From assembly GCA_963720545.1 (NCBI GenBank), contig OY970399.1, forward strand, positions 1,312,001-1,376,000: a stretch of 64,000 nucleotides of DNA. The letters are read 5' to 3'. A model generated the notes under the pieces. It was not told the origin of the DNA. It saw only the letters and a program-made list of their open reading frames with translations, and ran no database searches. This document shows positions 51,761 through 61,291 of this stretch, piece by piece. How positions within the stretch are numbered: the stretch's first letter is position 1; the number at the start of each line of letters is the position of its first letter. The translations under genes were made by a program, and so were the position numbers. Source of the DNA: an uncultured Acidobacteriota bacterium. Lineage in GTDB: Bacteria; Acidobacteriota; Vicinamibacteria; Fen-336.

Positions 51761-53575
51761 GTGGCGGGCCATCAGCGCTTCGATTATGACGTCCTCGTCA
51801 TCGGCGCCGGTGGCGCGGGGCTGCGCGCGGCCATCGAGGCCGCCGACGCAGGCGTTTCGGTCGGGCTGGTCTGCAAGTCCCTGCTAGGCAAGGCCCACAC
51901 GGTGATGGCCGAGGGAGGCATCGCTGCGGCACTCGCCAACGTCGACGAGCGCGACAACTGGAAGGTCCATTTCGCCGACACCATGCGCGGCGGCCAGTAC
52001 GTCAACGATTGGCGCATGGCCGAATTACACGCTCGCGAGGCGCCGGACCGGGTCCGCGAGCTCGAGGCATGGGGCGCAGTATTCGACCGCACCCCGGATG
52101 GCCGCATCCTGCAGCGCAACTTCGGCGGGCACAAGTATCCGCGCCTTGCCCACGTCGGCGATCGCACCGGGCTCGAGCTGATCCGCACGTTGCAGGATCG
52201 CGTCGTCCACAAGGGCGTGGACGTGCACATGGAATGCACCATAACGTCGCTGCTGGGTGACGGCGACCGCATCGCCGGCGCGTTCGGATACGAGCGCGAG
52301 CGGGGACGCTTCCTGTTGTTCGGCGCTCGCGCCTTGATCCTGGCCACGGGCGGCATCGGGCGGGCCTACAAGATCACGAGCAACAGTTGGGAAGGCACTG
52401 GCGACGGCCACGCGCTGGCCTATCGCGCCGGGGCGGAGCTGATCGACATGGAATTCGTCCAGTTCCATCCTACGGGCATGATCTGGCCGCCAAGCGTCCA
52501 GGGAATCCTCGTGACCGAAGGGGTTCGCGGCGAGGGCGGCGTGCTGCTCAACAGCAACGGCGAGCGGTTCATGTTCGGCGACATCCCCGAAAACTATCGC
52601 AGCCAGACGGCCGACAATGAAGAAGAAGGGTGGCGCTACACCCAGGGCGACAGGAACGCGCGCCGGCCGCCCGAGCTGTTGACACGCGATCATGTGGCAC
52701 GCTGCATCCGTCGCGAAGTTCGTGAGGGCAGGGGCAGTCCCAACGGCGGCGTCTTCCTGGATATTTCGTGGATCCGGAAGAAGCTCCCGAACGCCGAGGA
52801 GCACATCAAGCGCAAGCTGCCGAGCATGTACCATCAATTCAAGCAGCTCGCCGACATCGACATCACCACGGAGCCGATGGAGGTCGGACCCACGACCCAC
52901 TACGTCATGGGCGGCGTTCACGTCGACGCCGACACGCAGATGTCCTCGGTGGGCGGGCTGTACGCCTGCGGCGAATGCGCTTCGGGGATCAACGGCGCGA
53001 ACCGGCTGGGCGGCAACTCGCTCTCCGACCTGCTGGTCTTCGGTAAGCGCGCCGGCGAGCACGCGGCGGCCTACGCGAAGGAGCACGTTGCGGCTTCGAT
53101 CGACGAGCGACAGGTGGAAGAAGCCGGACGGTCCACTGTCGAGCCGTTCGAACACGCGCGCGCGGGCGAAGCGCCGTACGCGGTGCAGACGGCACTCCAG
53201 GACATGATGCAGGAGAACGTCGGCATCGTCCGGACCGAAGGCGAGATGCGAAAAGCCCTCGCGGAGCTGGCGACGTTGCGGGCGCGGGCAGCCCGCGTTG
53301 GCGTCGTCGGTCACCGCGAATACAACCCGGCCTGGCACACCGCCCTCGATCTGCGCAATCTTCTCGATGTCTCGGAAGCCATCACGCGGTCGGCCCTGGA
53401 ACGCGACGAGAGCCGCGGCGGCCATTTCCGCGACGACCATCCCGAGAAGCGTGCCGATTGGAGCCAGTGGAACGTCTGCGTGAAGCGTGGGCCGGACGGA
53501 GGTATGCAGGTCCGGCGGCTTCCGCTTCGGGAAATGCCGGCCGAGCTGCAGCAGATCGTCGACGAATTGAAATAG
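51761..53575 (+). CDS. sdhA: Succinate dehydrogenase/fumarate reductase flavoprotein subunit
   Basis: GAGGAG, KAHTVMAEGG covalent-FAD His, QFHPT, HYVMGG, GANRLGGNSL, ESRGGH. Confidence 0.95.
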   Translation: MAGHQRFDYDVLVIGAGGAGLRAAIEAADAGVSVGLVCKSLLGKAHTVMAEGGIAAALANVDERDNWKVHFADTMRGGQYVNDWRMAELHAREAPDRVRELEAWGAVFDRTPDGRILQRNFGGHKYPRLAHVGDRTGLELIRTLQDRVVHKGVDVHMECTITSLLGDGDRIAGAFGYERERGRFLLFGARALILATGGIGRAYKITSNSWEGTGDGHALAYRAGAELIDMEFVQFHPTGMIWPPSVQGILVTEGVRGEGGVLLNSNGERFMFGDIPENYRSQTADNEEEGWRYTQGDRNARRPPELLTRDHVARCIRREVREGRGSPNGGVFLDISWIRKKLPNAEEHIKRKLPSMYHQFKQLADIDITTEPMEVGPTTHYVMGGVHVDADTQMSSVGGLYACGECASGINGANRLGGNSLSDLLVFGKRAGEHAAAYAKEHVAASIDERQVEEAGRSTVEPFEHARAGEAPYAVQTALQDMMQENVGIVRTEGEMRKALAELATLRARAARVGVVGHREYNPAWHTALDLRNLLDVSEAITRSALERDESRGGHFRDDHPEKRADWSQWNVCVKRGPDGGMQVRRLPLREMPAELQQIVDELK

Positions 53576-53587
53576 GGGGTCATCCTC

Positions 53588-54325
53588 TTGGCGACCGCGA
53601 CATTTCGAATCTGGCGGGGCGACGCGAGTGGCGGCGGTCTCCACGACTACACGACCGAGGTGTCGGAGGGGATGGTTGTCCTCGATGCCGTCCATCGCAT
53701 CCAGGCGCACAGCGCGCCCGACCTGGCCTGCCGCTGGAACTGCAAGGCTGGCAAGTGCGGTTCCTGCTCGGCCGAGATCAACGGCCGGCCGCGACTGATG
53801 TGCATGACGCGGCTCAACGAGCTGCCGCTCGACAAGCCCGTGACCGTGGAACCCATGCGCGCCTTTCCCCTGATCCGCGATCTGGTAACCGACGTCGCCT
53901 GGAATTTTCGGGTCAAACTCGAGATCAAGCCGTTCAAGCCCCGCCCGCCGGACGCGCCCGACGGCACCTGGCGCATGGCACAGCAAGACGTCGACCGAGT
54001 CCAGGAGTTCCGCAAGTGCATCGAGTGCTTCCTGTGCCAGGACGTGTGCCACGTCCTGCGGGAGCACGATCTGCACGACCGGTTCGTCGGGCCGCGGTTC
54101 CTCGTCTACGCCGCGGCGCTCGAGATGCATCCTCTCGACGTGGAGGATCGTCGCGAGGCCCTGGCGAAGGACCATGGCATCGGGTACTGCAACATCACCA
54201 AGTGCTGCACCAGCGTGTGCCCCGAGCACATCACCATCACCGACAACGCGATCATCCCGCTCAAGGAGCGGGTCGTGGACCGGTTGTTCGACCCGGTGAG
54301 CCGGTTCTTCCGTGTATCGAAATAA
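53588..54325 (+). CDS. sdhB: Succinate dehydrogenase iron-sulfur subunit
   Basis: CKAGKCGSC..C, CIECFLCQDVC, CNITKCCTSVCP. Confidence 0.95.
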   Translation: MATATFRIWRGDASGGGLHDYTTEVSEGMVVLDAVHRIQAHSAPDLACRWNCKAGKCGSCSAEINGRPRLMCMTRLNELPLDKPVTVEPMRAFPLIRDLVTDVAWNFRVKLEIKPFKPRPPDAPDGTWRMAQQDVDRVQEFRKCIECFLCQDVCHVLREHDLHDRFVGPRFLVYAAALEMHPLDVEDRREALAKDHGIGYCNITKCCTSVCPEHITITDNAIIPLKERVVDRLFDPVSRFFRVSK

Positions 54326-54343
54326 CGAGAAGGGCGGCTTTCG

Positions 54344-54850
54344 ATGTTCGAACTGAAACCCCTGTCCAGGGACGCCATCCCCGCGGCCCTGGCCAAGGCC
54401 GAGCGGTATCGCTTGCTGAACGAAGGCGAAATGGCGGAGAGCATCTGCCAGGACATCCTCCTCGCCGATCCTCGCGACCAGAGAGCGCTGGTCACCATGA
54501 TCCTCGCGATCACCGACCAGTTCCGGGAGCAGCGGCTCGCCGGCAACGTGGCGCGGGCGCGTGAGCTTGTGGCGCGACTCGAGGACGAGTACGAGCGGCT
54601 CTACTACGAGGGGATCGTCTGCGAGCGCCGCGGCCGCGCGCATCTGGCGCAGGGTCGCCAGGCAAGCGGCTTTCTCGCCTACGACTGGCTCAAGGCGGCG
54701 ATGGGTCTCTTCGAACGCGCCAACCAGAAGAGCCCGACGGGCAATGACGAGGCCGTTCTGCGGTGGAACGCCTGCGCCCGCGTGCTCATGCGACATCCGG
54801 AGCTGGAGCCGCATGAGGAGCAGCGCGAGTCCGGTATCCAGTCGGAATAG
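54344..54850 (+). CDS. Helical-repeat (TPR-like) hypothetical protein
   Basis: All-alpha pattern; co-oriented 18 bp after sdhB. Confidence 0.75.
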   Translation: MFELKPLSRDAIPAALAKAERYRLLNEGEMAESICQDILLADPRDQRALVTMILAITDQFREQRLAGNVARARELVARLEDEYERLYYEGIVCERRGRAHLAQGRQASGFLAYDWLKAAMGLFERANQKSPTGNDEAVLRWNACARVLMRHPELEPHEEQRESGIQSE

Positions 54851-54863
54851 ATGGCGACGGCGC

Positions 54864-54896
54864 CCGAGACGTGACGGTCAGGACGTCACGTCTCGG
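54864..54896. terminator. 13-bp stem hairpin between convergent genes
   Basis: CCGAGACGTGACG-N7-CGTCACGTCTCGG, no U tract. Confidence 0.55.
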
Positions 54897-54903
54897 CGTC
54901 GTG

Positions 54904-55821
54904 TTAATGGATCGTGACGGGAGCGGTGAGCTCGATGCTCCACACCGTGCCGGACGGCACCACGACGTCGTCGCGGTCCTTGGCCGCGACCACGGTGCCG
55001 GTGGCGCCGCCGAGGATGCCGCCGATGATGGCGCCCTTGCCGCCCTTCAGCAGGCCGCCGAGGATGGCGCCGCCGGCGGTGCCGCCGCCGATCACCGCCG
55101 CGTCCTTCTTGCCGCCCTTGCCCTGGATGCCGATGCTGGTGGCGTCGATCGCGTACTGGCGGCCGCCGAGGCGGAAGCTCGTGAACTGCACGCCGAGCGC
55201 CGCGCGCCCGCCGATCTTCTTCGAGCGCTGGATCTGGCTGATGTAGCCGCGGAACGAGGTGCCCGCGGGCACCGCCACCCTGCCGTCCACCATGATGTCG
55301 TTGTTGAGCGAGGCGTCGACGCGGTCCTCGAGCTTGCCGGTCTCGGTGGAGAGCGGCGTCTCGACGGTGAGTGAGACATGGGTGCCGTCGGGAATCACGA
55401 GCGGCTGCGGCGTCGGCATCGGCGTAGCGGCCCGGGACTCGGTCGCCGTCGCCACCGCCCGGTCGTCTTCATGCGTCGCTGCGTGCGCGCGTGCTTCCTC
55501 GGCGGCGCGCTGCGCTTCGCTGCGCGCGGCGCGCGCTTCGGCAGCGCGCGATTCGGCGGCCTGCGCCATCGCCTCGGTGCGCAGCTTCTTCGCCTCGGCT
55601 TCGGCGGCCGCGGCGCGATCTTCCGCCGCCTGGGCACGCGCTTCGGTAGCCCGCACCACGGCCTCGTCCACCACCGGCCCATCGGGCGCCGGGCTTGCGG
55701 CCTGCGCGGCGGCAGCTGCCTCGACAGCAGCCTTTTCCTCCGCCGACGGTGCCTGCTGCCTGCAGCCGGAGACGACAGCCGCGGCCAATACTGCCGCCAC
55801 GGTCAAGTGAATGAATTTCAT
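54904..55821 (-). CDS. Lipoprotein with Ala-rich coiled coil and glycine-zipper C-terminal domain
   Basis: VSGC lipobox; IPDGT..., IGGGTAGGAILGG..GG.KGAIIG. Confidence 0.82.
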   Translation of the reverse strand: MKFIHLTVAAVLAAAVVSGCRQQAPSAEEKAAVEAAAAAQAASPAPDGPVVDEAVVRATEARAQAAEDRAAAAEAEAKKLRTEAMAQAAESRAAEARAARSEAQRAAEEARAHAATHEDDRAVATATESRAATPMPTPQPLVIPDGTHVSLTVETPLSTETGKLEDRVDASLNNDIMVDGRVAVPAGTSFRGYISQIQRSKKIGGRAALGVQFTSFRLGGRQYAIDATSIGIQGKGGKKDAAVIGGGTAGGAILGGLLKGGKGAIIGGILGGATGTVVAAKDRDDVVVPSGTVWSIELTAPVTIH

Positions 55822-55875
55822 GAGTCATGCCCTCCAGGAATGAATGTGCTCGTCCTCATCAAAGGATACGGCAGC

Positions 55876-57456
55876 TCACGCCTTTCTGGCTGGTTCGCTC
55901 CAGTTGGCGTAGACGTACATGAGGTCGGCCATCGACTGCTCCGACTCGACGATGCCGCCCACCAGGGTCCCGCCCTCGGTGACGATGTACTCGTCGTCCG
56001 AATGGGCGCGCGAACCGTGGCCCACGGCGCCGCCGGCCGAGGGCAGGCCGAGCTTGCGCGTGTACTCCCACTCGGGGGAGCTGCCGGCGCTGCGCGGCCA
56101 TACCTGGGGCTCGATGCCGTGATGCTTGTAGGTGGCCAGCGTCGCCTGCACCACCGCCTCCTTCACCGACGTCTGCGACCACTGGTCGCCGCCGCCCATC
56201 TTGCGGATCTCGAGGTCCTGGAAGCCCTGCTTGTCGAGATGCGCGCGGATCAGGGCGATCTGCTTGTCGACTTCCTGGTTGGGAACAAGGCGCGCGTCGA
56301 TCTTCACCGTGGCCTTCTCCGGCAGGATGGTCGCCGTGCCCTCGCCGGTGTAGCCCGCCCAGATGCCGTCGATGTTGAGCGTGGTGTCGAAGGTGAGGCG
56401 CTTCGCCGCCTCCTCGATGCTCCAGTCGTGCGCGAACACCTTCATGTTCTCGCTCTCGCCGCCGAAGAGGCGGTCCTTGTGCTTCGTCACCAGCTCGCTC
56501 ATCAGCTCGAGCTCTTCCGCGTTCGGCGGGCGGATGTCGTCGCGGAATCCCGGGACCAGGATCTCGTTGGTCTTCGCGTCGAACATGGTGTTGAGCGCCT
56601 GCACCAGCCGCCACACGGGGCTGTCGAGCACGGCCTTGCGCGACGAGTGGATCGGCATCTTCTGCGGGCCGCGGCCCCAGCGGGCGCCGGTCGCCTCGAG
56701 CTCGATGTACATGATGCCCTTGTTGCCGAGCGCCATCGAGACGGCGCCGTCCGGGCCCTGCGACGGACTGAGGTCGAGGAGCGCGTTCGCCTTCTTCAGG
56801 CGGTCGCGCCACGGGTCGAGCACCTCGTGGAAGTTCGGGCTGCCCTGCTCCTCGGCGCCGTCGCAGGTGAAGATGACGTTCACCGGCAGCTTGCCGTGCA
56901 CGGCGATGATCGATTCCATCGCGTTCAGGGCGAAGCGGTTCGGGCCCTTGCTGTTGACGGCACCGCGCGCCACGATCGCCTCGGGGAACTTGCCGAAGTT
57001 CTTGACCCGTGCGGCCGCGAGCGGCGGCGACGACCAGCGCTCTTCGACCCACGGCTGGGTGTCGTACATCATGTAGACGACCACGGTCTTGGGCGCGCCG
57101 ACGTCGTAGTGCGCGAGCACGCCCGGCCAGTTGGGCAGCGAGGTGTCCACCTTCACCACCTCCTTGCAGCCGAGCTTGCGGAACGACTCCATCATCACGT
57201 CGCACATCTCCTTGACGCCCTTATTCCAGGAACTGACCGACGGCTGCTGCAGGTCCTTCTGCACCGCGGCGATATGCGCTTCCTTGCTGGCGGCGATGTG
57301 CTCGCGCACCTTGCGCAGCTCGGGCGAGTCGAGCACGTCCTTCGCTTCCTTGGCGGCGGCCGTGCCGGTGAGGCTGCCGAAGACCGAATTGGCGAGCGCC
57401 AGCGAGGCGGCGCCGCGGCCGGCAACTTCCAGGAATTCCTTGCGCGAGATGGGCAT
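55876..57456 (-). CDS. M20/M25/M40 family metallohydrolase with Tat-like signal
   Basis: SRKEFL signal; YDTQP, ARGA...KG, EEQGS, IHSS, AHS.DE. Confidence 0.85.
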   Translation of the reverse strand: MPISRKEFLEVAGRGAASLALANSVFGSLTGTAAAKEAKDVLDSPELRKVREHIAASKEAHIAAVQKDLQQPSVSSWNKGVKEMCDVMMESFRKLGCKEVVKVDTSLPNWPGVLAHYDVGAPKTVVVYMMYDTQPWVEERWSSPPLAAARVKNFGKFPEAIVARGAVNSKGPNRFALNAMESIIAVHGKLPVNVIFTCDGAEEQGSPNFHEVLDPWRDRLKKANALLDLSPSQGPDGAVSMALGNKGIMYIELEATGARWGRGPQKMPIHSSRKAVLDSPVWRLVQALNTMFDAKTNEILVPGFRDDIRPPNAEELELMSELVTKHKDRLFGGESENMKVFAHDWSIEEAAKRLTFDTTLNIDGIWAGYTGEGTATILPEKATVKIDARLVPNQEVDKQIALIRAHLDKQGFQDLEIRKMGGGDQWSQTSVKEAVVQATLATYKHHGIEPQVWPRSAGSSPEWEYTRKLGLPSAGGAVGHGSRAHSDDEYIVTEGGTLVGGIVESEQSMADLMYVYANWSEPARKA

Positions 57457-57518
57457 CTTCGTCTTCTCCTTTTCCTCTTGCGCCGCCCGAACCGGGCGGT
57501 GCGGCATCAGCGTGGCAG

Positions 57519-57995
57519 TCAGCCGGGGCGGTATGCGGGCGAGCGGTCGTCGGCGGCGAACAATGCCCCGGAGACGCCGAGCGGCGCCGTGAACGCCTCG
57601 AGGGCCTTGCGGTCGAAACCCTCGACGACCTTTTCGATGCGGCCGCCGCGCGCCACTGCGAAGAGCGTCGGCACCGCGGTGATGCCGAGTTCGGCGGCCA
57701 CCGGATAAGGCTCCGCCTCGAGCAGCACCGGCACCTTGTAGCCCTGCTCGCCGACGAGTCCGCGGGCGGTGGCGGCGTCGTCCTGCAGGATCACGGCCAC
57801 CGAAGCGCCCGTGCCCCTGCGCTCGAACAGGCGATTCACATAGGGCAGCGTCTGGCGCGTGGTCTTGCAGTCGCGATGGCCGATGAGAACCAGCGCCGGC
57901 CCGGCCGACCACGCTTCGGCGAGCGGCCGCTCGATGCCCTCGAGATCGGGCAGGACCACGTGCGGAAACCGGTCGCCGGGACGAAGGGTCGTCAT
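57519..57995 (-). CDS. Thioredoxin-fold redoxin (CxxT)
   Basis: GDRFP..VLPDLEG, CKTT, ILQDD, cis-Pro motif AVPT. Confidence 0.75.
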   Translation of the reverse strand: MTTLRPGDRFPHVVLPDLEGIERPLAEAWSAGPALVLIGHRDCKTTRQTLPYVNRLFERRGTGASVAVILQDDAATARGLVGEQGYKVPVLLEAEPYPVAAELGITAVPTLFAVARGGRIEKVVEGFDRKALEAFTAPLGVSGALFAADDRSPAYRPG

Positions 57996-58003
57996 CGCCG
58001 CCG

Positions 58004-58834
58004 CTAGGCGTCCACGAAGTCGACGCTGACCCGGCTGCGGATGACGCCGGCATCGGCACCGCGGTCGAGGAACGTCTGGATGGCGCGACGCCCGATGTCG
58101 CCCGTGTCGAGCGTCATGTCGTTCACCCACATGCCGACGAACTGGTCGGCGATCTGCGGATCCATGCCGCGCGCGAACTGCATGGCATAAGCGAGCGCCT
58201 CGGCGCGATGCGCGAGCGAATAACGGACGGTTTCACGCACCAGCACCGTCAGCCGCGCCATCAGCTCGGGCCCCAGGTTGCGGCGTACCGCGTTGCCGCC
58301 GAGCGGCAAGGGCAGGCCGGTGTCTTCCTTCCACCACGCGCCGAGGTCGAGCACCTTGTGAAGCCCGTGGCCGCCGTAGGTCAGCTGGCCTTCGTGAATG
58401 ATGAGGCCGGCATCGACGCGGCCGGCGCGCACCTCGTCGAGGATCCCGTCGAACGGCACCACCCTGGTCGAAACCCCGGGCGCGAACAGCTTGAGCGCAA
58501 GGTAGGCCGAGGTGAGCGTGCCGGGAACGGCGACCAGGACCGATGCGATATCGGCAGGCGCCATGGCGCTGCGCGCCACGAGCAGCGGGCCGTAGCCGTC
58601 GCCGATGCTGCCGCCGCACGGCATCAGCGCGTACTTGTCGGCGATGTAGGGATAGGCGTGGAACGAGACCGCGGTGACCTCGTGCTTGCCGGCGCGCGCC
58701 TCGCGGTTCAGCGTCTCGATGTCGGTCAGGGTGTGCTCGATGACCAGGTCGCCGGTGGACACGTGGCCCGATGCGAGGCCGTAGAACATGAACGCATCGT
58801 CGCTGTCGGGACTGTGGGCGAGGGAAATCTTCAT
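58004..58834 (-). CDS. mqnD: 1,4-dihydroxy-6-naphthoate synthase (futalosine pathway)
   Basis: HSPDSDDAFMFY, DIETLN, GYGP, IIHEGQLTY, LPLPLG. Confidence 0.88.
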   Translation of the reverse strand: MKISLAHSPDSDDAFMFYGLASGHVSTGDLVIEHTLTDIETLNREARAGKHEVTAVSFHAYPYIADKYALMPCGGSIGDGYGPLLVARSAMAPADIASVLVAVPGTLTSAYLALKLFAPGVSTRVVPFDGILDEVRAGRVDAGLIIHEGQLTYGGHGLHKVLDLGAWWKEDTGLPLPLGGNAVRRNLGPELMARLTVLVRETVRYSLAHRAEALAYAMQFARGMDPQIADQFVGMWVNDMTLDTGDIGRRAIQTFLDRGADAGVIRSRVSVDFVDA

Positions 58835-59475
58835 GGCGCTGCGCGCATTCTCTCCGAGATGTCGGGCGCCCATGAAACGAGCGGGGCCGTGACATCGGCG
58901 ACGCGCAGGTCGTCGCGGCCGCGCGCGGCGCGCAGCGCCTGCATCACGTCACCGGACGGCGCGCGCCGTTCCTTCGCGGGCACGTTCACGATGACGGCAT
59001 CGGCTGTGGCGATGAGGCCCGCGGACTCCGGCTTCCACCGCTGCGGCGAGAGGAACGGATGTGCCACGAACAGGTGCAGCTGCGGTTGCGACACAGCAAC
59101 GATCGTCGAGCCTTCGACGACGGTGGTGGCGCCGCGCAGCAGGCCGCGCACCACGTCCCAGGCTTCCACCACCGCCCCACGCCGCGCGATGCACCAGAGC
59201 ACCTTGCCGGCCGCGGCGCCGAGGCGCTCGGTGTCGGTGCCCGGTTCGCCCAGGGTCGCGGCGTCGCCGATGAGCCGGTATGGCACGTCGATGTCGCAGA
59301 CGACGCACGGCGTGCCGCGCGGACAGCGCTCGAAGACGTCGTCGGTGGTCGTGAACTTGACGGCGGCCACATCCGAGCGTCCGAGGTCTCGCAACAAGGC
59401 CACCGCGAGAGCCGTTTTTCCGGCCCGGCTGCAGGCGCCGGACACACCCGCAAGCCAGGGCAGCTGTGCTACCAT
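58831..59475 (-). CDS. P-loop NTPase-like hypothetical protein (MobB-like)
   Basis: VSGACSRAGKT Walker A-like, AAVK, CPRGTPCVVC, VVEG. Confidence 0.7.
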   Translation of the reverse strand: MVAQLPWLAGVSGACSRAGKTALAVALLRDLGRSDVAAVKFTTTDDVFERCPRGTPCVVCDIDVPYRLIGDAATLGEPGTDTERLGAAAGKVLWCIARRGAVVEAWDVVRGLLRGATTVVEGSTIVAVSQPQLHLFVAHPFLSPQRWKPESAGLIATADAVIVNVPAKERRAPSGDVMQALRAARGRDDLRVADVTAPLVSWAPDISERMRAAP

Positions 59476-59703
59476 TCGACTCGCTCGTCCGGGCCCATTT
59501 CCAGAAAGCTCCACCTTGTCACAAACGCTCCATAAGTCATTGAACAGGCGGCTTTTGTCGCCCTACGACACGGGGATGACCTAGTGTCTTCCTCGCGCCC
59601 TTTGGCGCGGGGAGAGACAGCCACCCTGAGGAGCAGGCGCCCTGCCCTCGAGCCGGACCTCAAGGCACAGGAAACAAGCAGCCACGGAGCAATCGAAATC
59701 GCC

Positions 59704-61047
59704 ATGACCAGCACCAGCACGATCACCAGCAACCATACCGCGCCGCAGGACGTGCATGCGGCGCTTTCCCGGCACATCCTCGCCGACGGGTTCCCGTTCG
59801 TCTTCGACTACGAGAAGAGCCGCGGCCCGTGGATCCACGACGCGAAGACCGGCCGTCAGATCCTCGACTTCGCCGCCTTCTTCGCCTCGCAGCCGATCGG
59901 CTACAACCACCCGAAGATGCAGGATCCAGCGTTCCTCGCGCTGCTGGCGCGCGTGGCGCAGCTGAAGCCGGCGCTGTCCGACGTGTTCAGCGTCGAGTTC
60001 GCCGACGCCGTGGAGACGTTCGCGCGCTTCGCGAAGCCCGCCCACCTGCCGCACGCCTTCTTCATCGAGGGCGGCGCGGCGGCGGTCGAAAACACCCTGA
60101 AGACCGCCTTCGACTGGAAAGTGCGCCGCAACAAGGCCAAGGGCCTGAAGGGCGAACGCGGCTCGCAGGTGATCCACTTCCGCGAGGCATTCCACGGCCG
60201 CTCAGGCTACACGCTCTCGCTCACCAACACCGACCCGGTCAAGACCGATTACTTCCCGCGCTTCCCGTGGCCGCGGATCTCGAACCCGAAGCTGCGCTTC
60301 CCGGTGACTGCCGAGGTCGAGCTCGACGTGCAGGCGGCCGAGGAACAGGCACTCGACGAGATCCGCAAGGCGTTCGCCGACCACGAGGACGACATCGCCG
60401 CGATCATCATCGAGCCGATCCAGGCGGAGGGCGGCGACAACCACTTCCGCCCCGAGTTCCTGCGCTCGCTTTCGGCCCTGTGCGACCGCAACGAATGCTT
60501 CTTCATCGTCGACGAGGTGCAGACGGGCATCGGCATCACCGGCAGGATGTGGGCGCATGAGCACTTCGGCCTCAGGCCCGACGCGCTCGCGTTCGGCAAG
60601 AAGACGCAGGTGTGCGGCATGCTCGCCGGCCCCAGGGTGGACGAGGAGCCGCAGAACGTGTTCGCGGTGTCGTCGCGCATCAACTCCACCTGGGGTGGCA
60701 ACCTCACCGACCTGGTGCGCTGTGCGCGCTACCTCGAGATCCTCGACGAGGATCGCCTGGTGGAGAACGCGCGGGTCGTCGGCGAGCACCTGCTCGCGGG
60801 CCTGCGCGGCATCCAGGACGAACTCGGCGGGCTGGTGACGAACGCGCGCGGCATGGGGCTGATGATCGCCTTCGACTTCCAGGACGGCGAGACGCGCAAG
60901 AAGGCGATCGCGGCGCTCGCCGACGCGGGCCTGCTGGTGCTGCCGTGCGGCACCCGCTCGATCCGCTTCCGGCCGGCGCTCACCCTGACCAGGGACGACG
61001 CGTCCCGCGGGCTCGAGATCGTGCAGAAGTCGCTCAGCCGTTTCTGA
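59704..61047 (+). CDS. lat: L-lysine 6-transaminase (class III aminotransferase)
   Basis: HILADG, ENTLKTAFDWK, FHGRSGYTLSLTNT, EPIQAEGGD, DEVQTG, FGKK, SSRINSTWGG. Confidence 0.92.
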   Translation: MTSTSTITSNHTAPQDVHAALSRHILADGFPFVFDYEKSRGPWIHDAKTGRQILDFAAFFASQPIGYNHPKMQDPAFLALLARVAQLKPALSDVFSVEFADAVETFARFAKPAHLPHAFFIEGGAAAVENTLKTAFDWKVRRNKAKGLKGERGSQVIHFREAFHGRSGYTLSLTNTDPVKTDYFPRFPWPRISNPKLRFPVTAEVELDVQAAEEQALDEIRKAFADHEDDIAAIIIEPIQAEGGDNHFRPEFLRSLSALCDRNECFFIVDEVQTGIGITGRMWAHEHFGLRPDALAFGKKTQVCGMLAGPRVDEEPQNVFAVSSRINSTWGGNLTDLVRCARYLEILDEDRLVENARVVGEHLLAGLRGIQDELGGLVTNARGMGLMIAFDFQDGETRKKAIAALADAGLLVLPCGTRSIRFRPALTLTRDDASRGLEIVQKSLSRF

Positions 61048-61075
61048 AGACGTCAGTCAAAGGCGAGGTCGAGGA

Positions 61076-61291
61076 ATGATCGAGCGTGAGGCCGGCATCA
61101 GGATCTACAACGACGCCCTCGGCGTGAAGGGCGCCAAGGGCCGCCTCGTGCGGATCGCCGAAGACGGCTACTACGAGGTGTCGCTCGAGGTCGCGGGCGG
61201 CCACCATACGGCGTTCCTGCCGATCGCCAGCACGGTGATCATGGCCGCGGAGCCCGACTCCGACGTGCCCGGCATCGAGGTCGAGCGATGA
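61076..61291 (+). CDS. Small beta-rich hypothetical protein (71 aa)
   Basis: GAGG RBS; ATGA overlap with the next gene. Confidence 0.75.
   Translation: MIEREAGIRIYNDALGVKGAKGRLVRIAEDGYYEVSLEVAGGHHTAFLPIASTVIMAAEPDSDVPGIEVER

Noticed and set aside
59611..59675. Canonical glycine or lysine riboswitch call
   Set aside because: Core conserved nucleotides are missing; reported only as a candidate structured leader.
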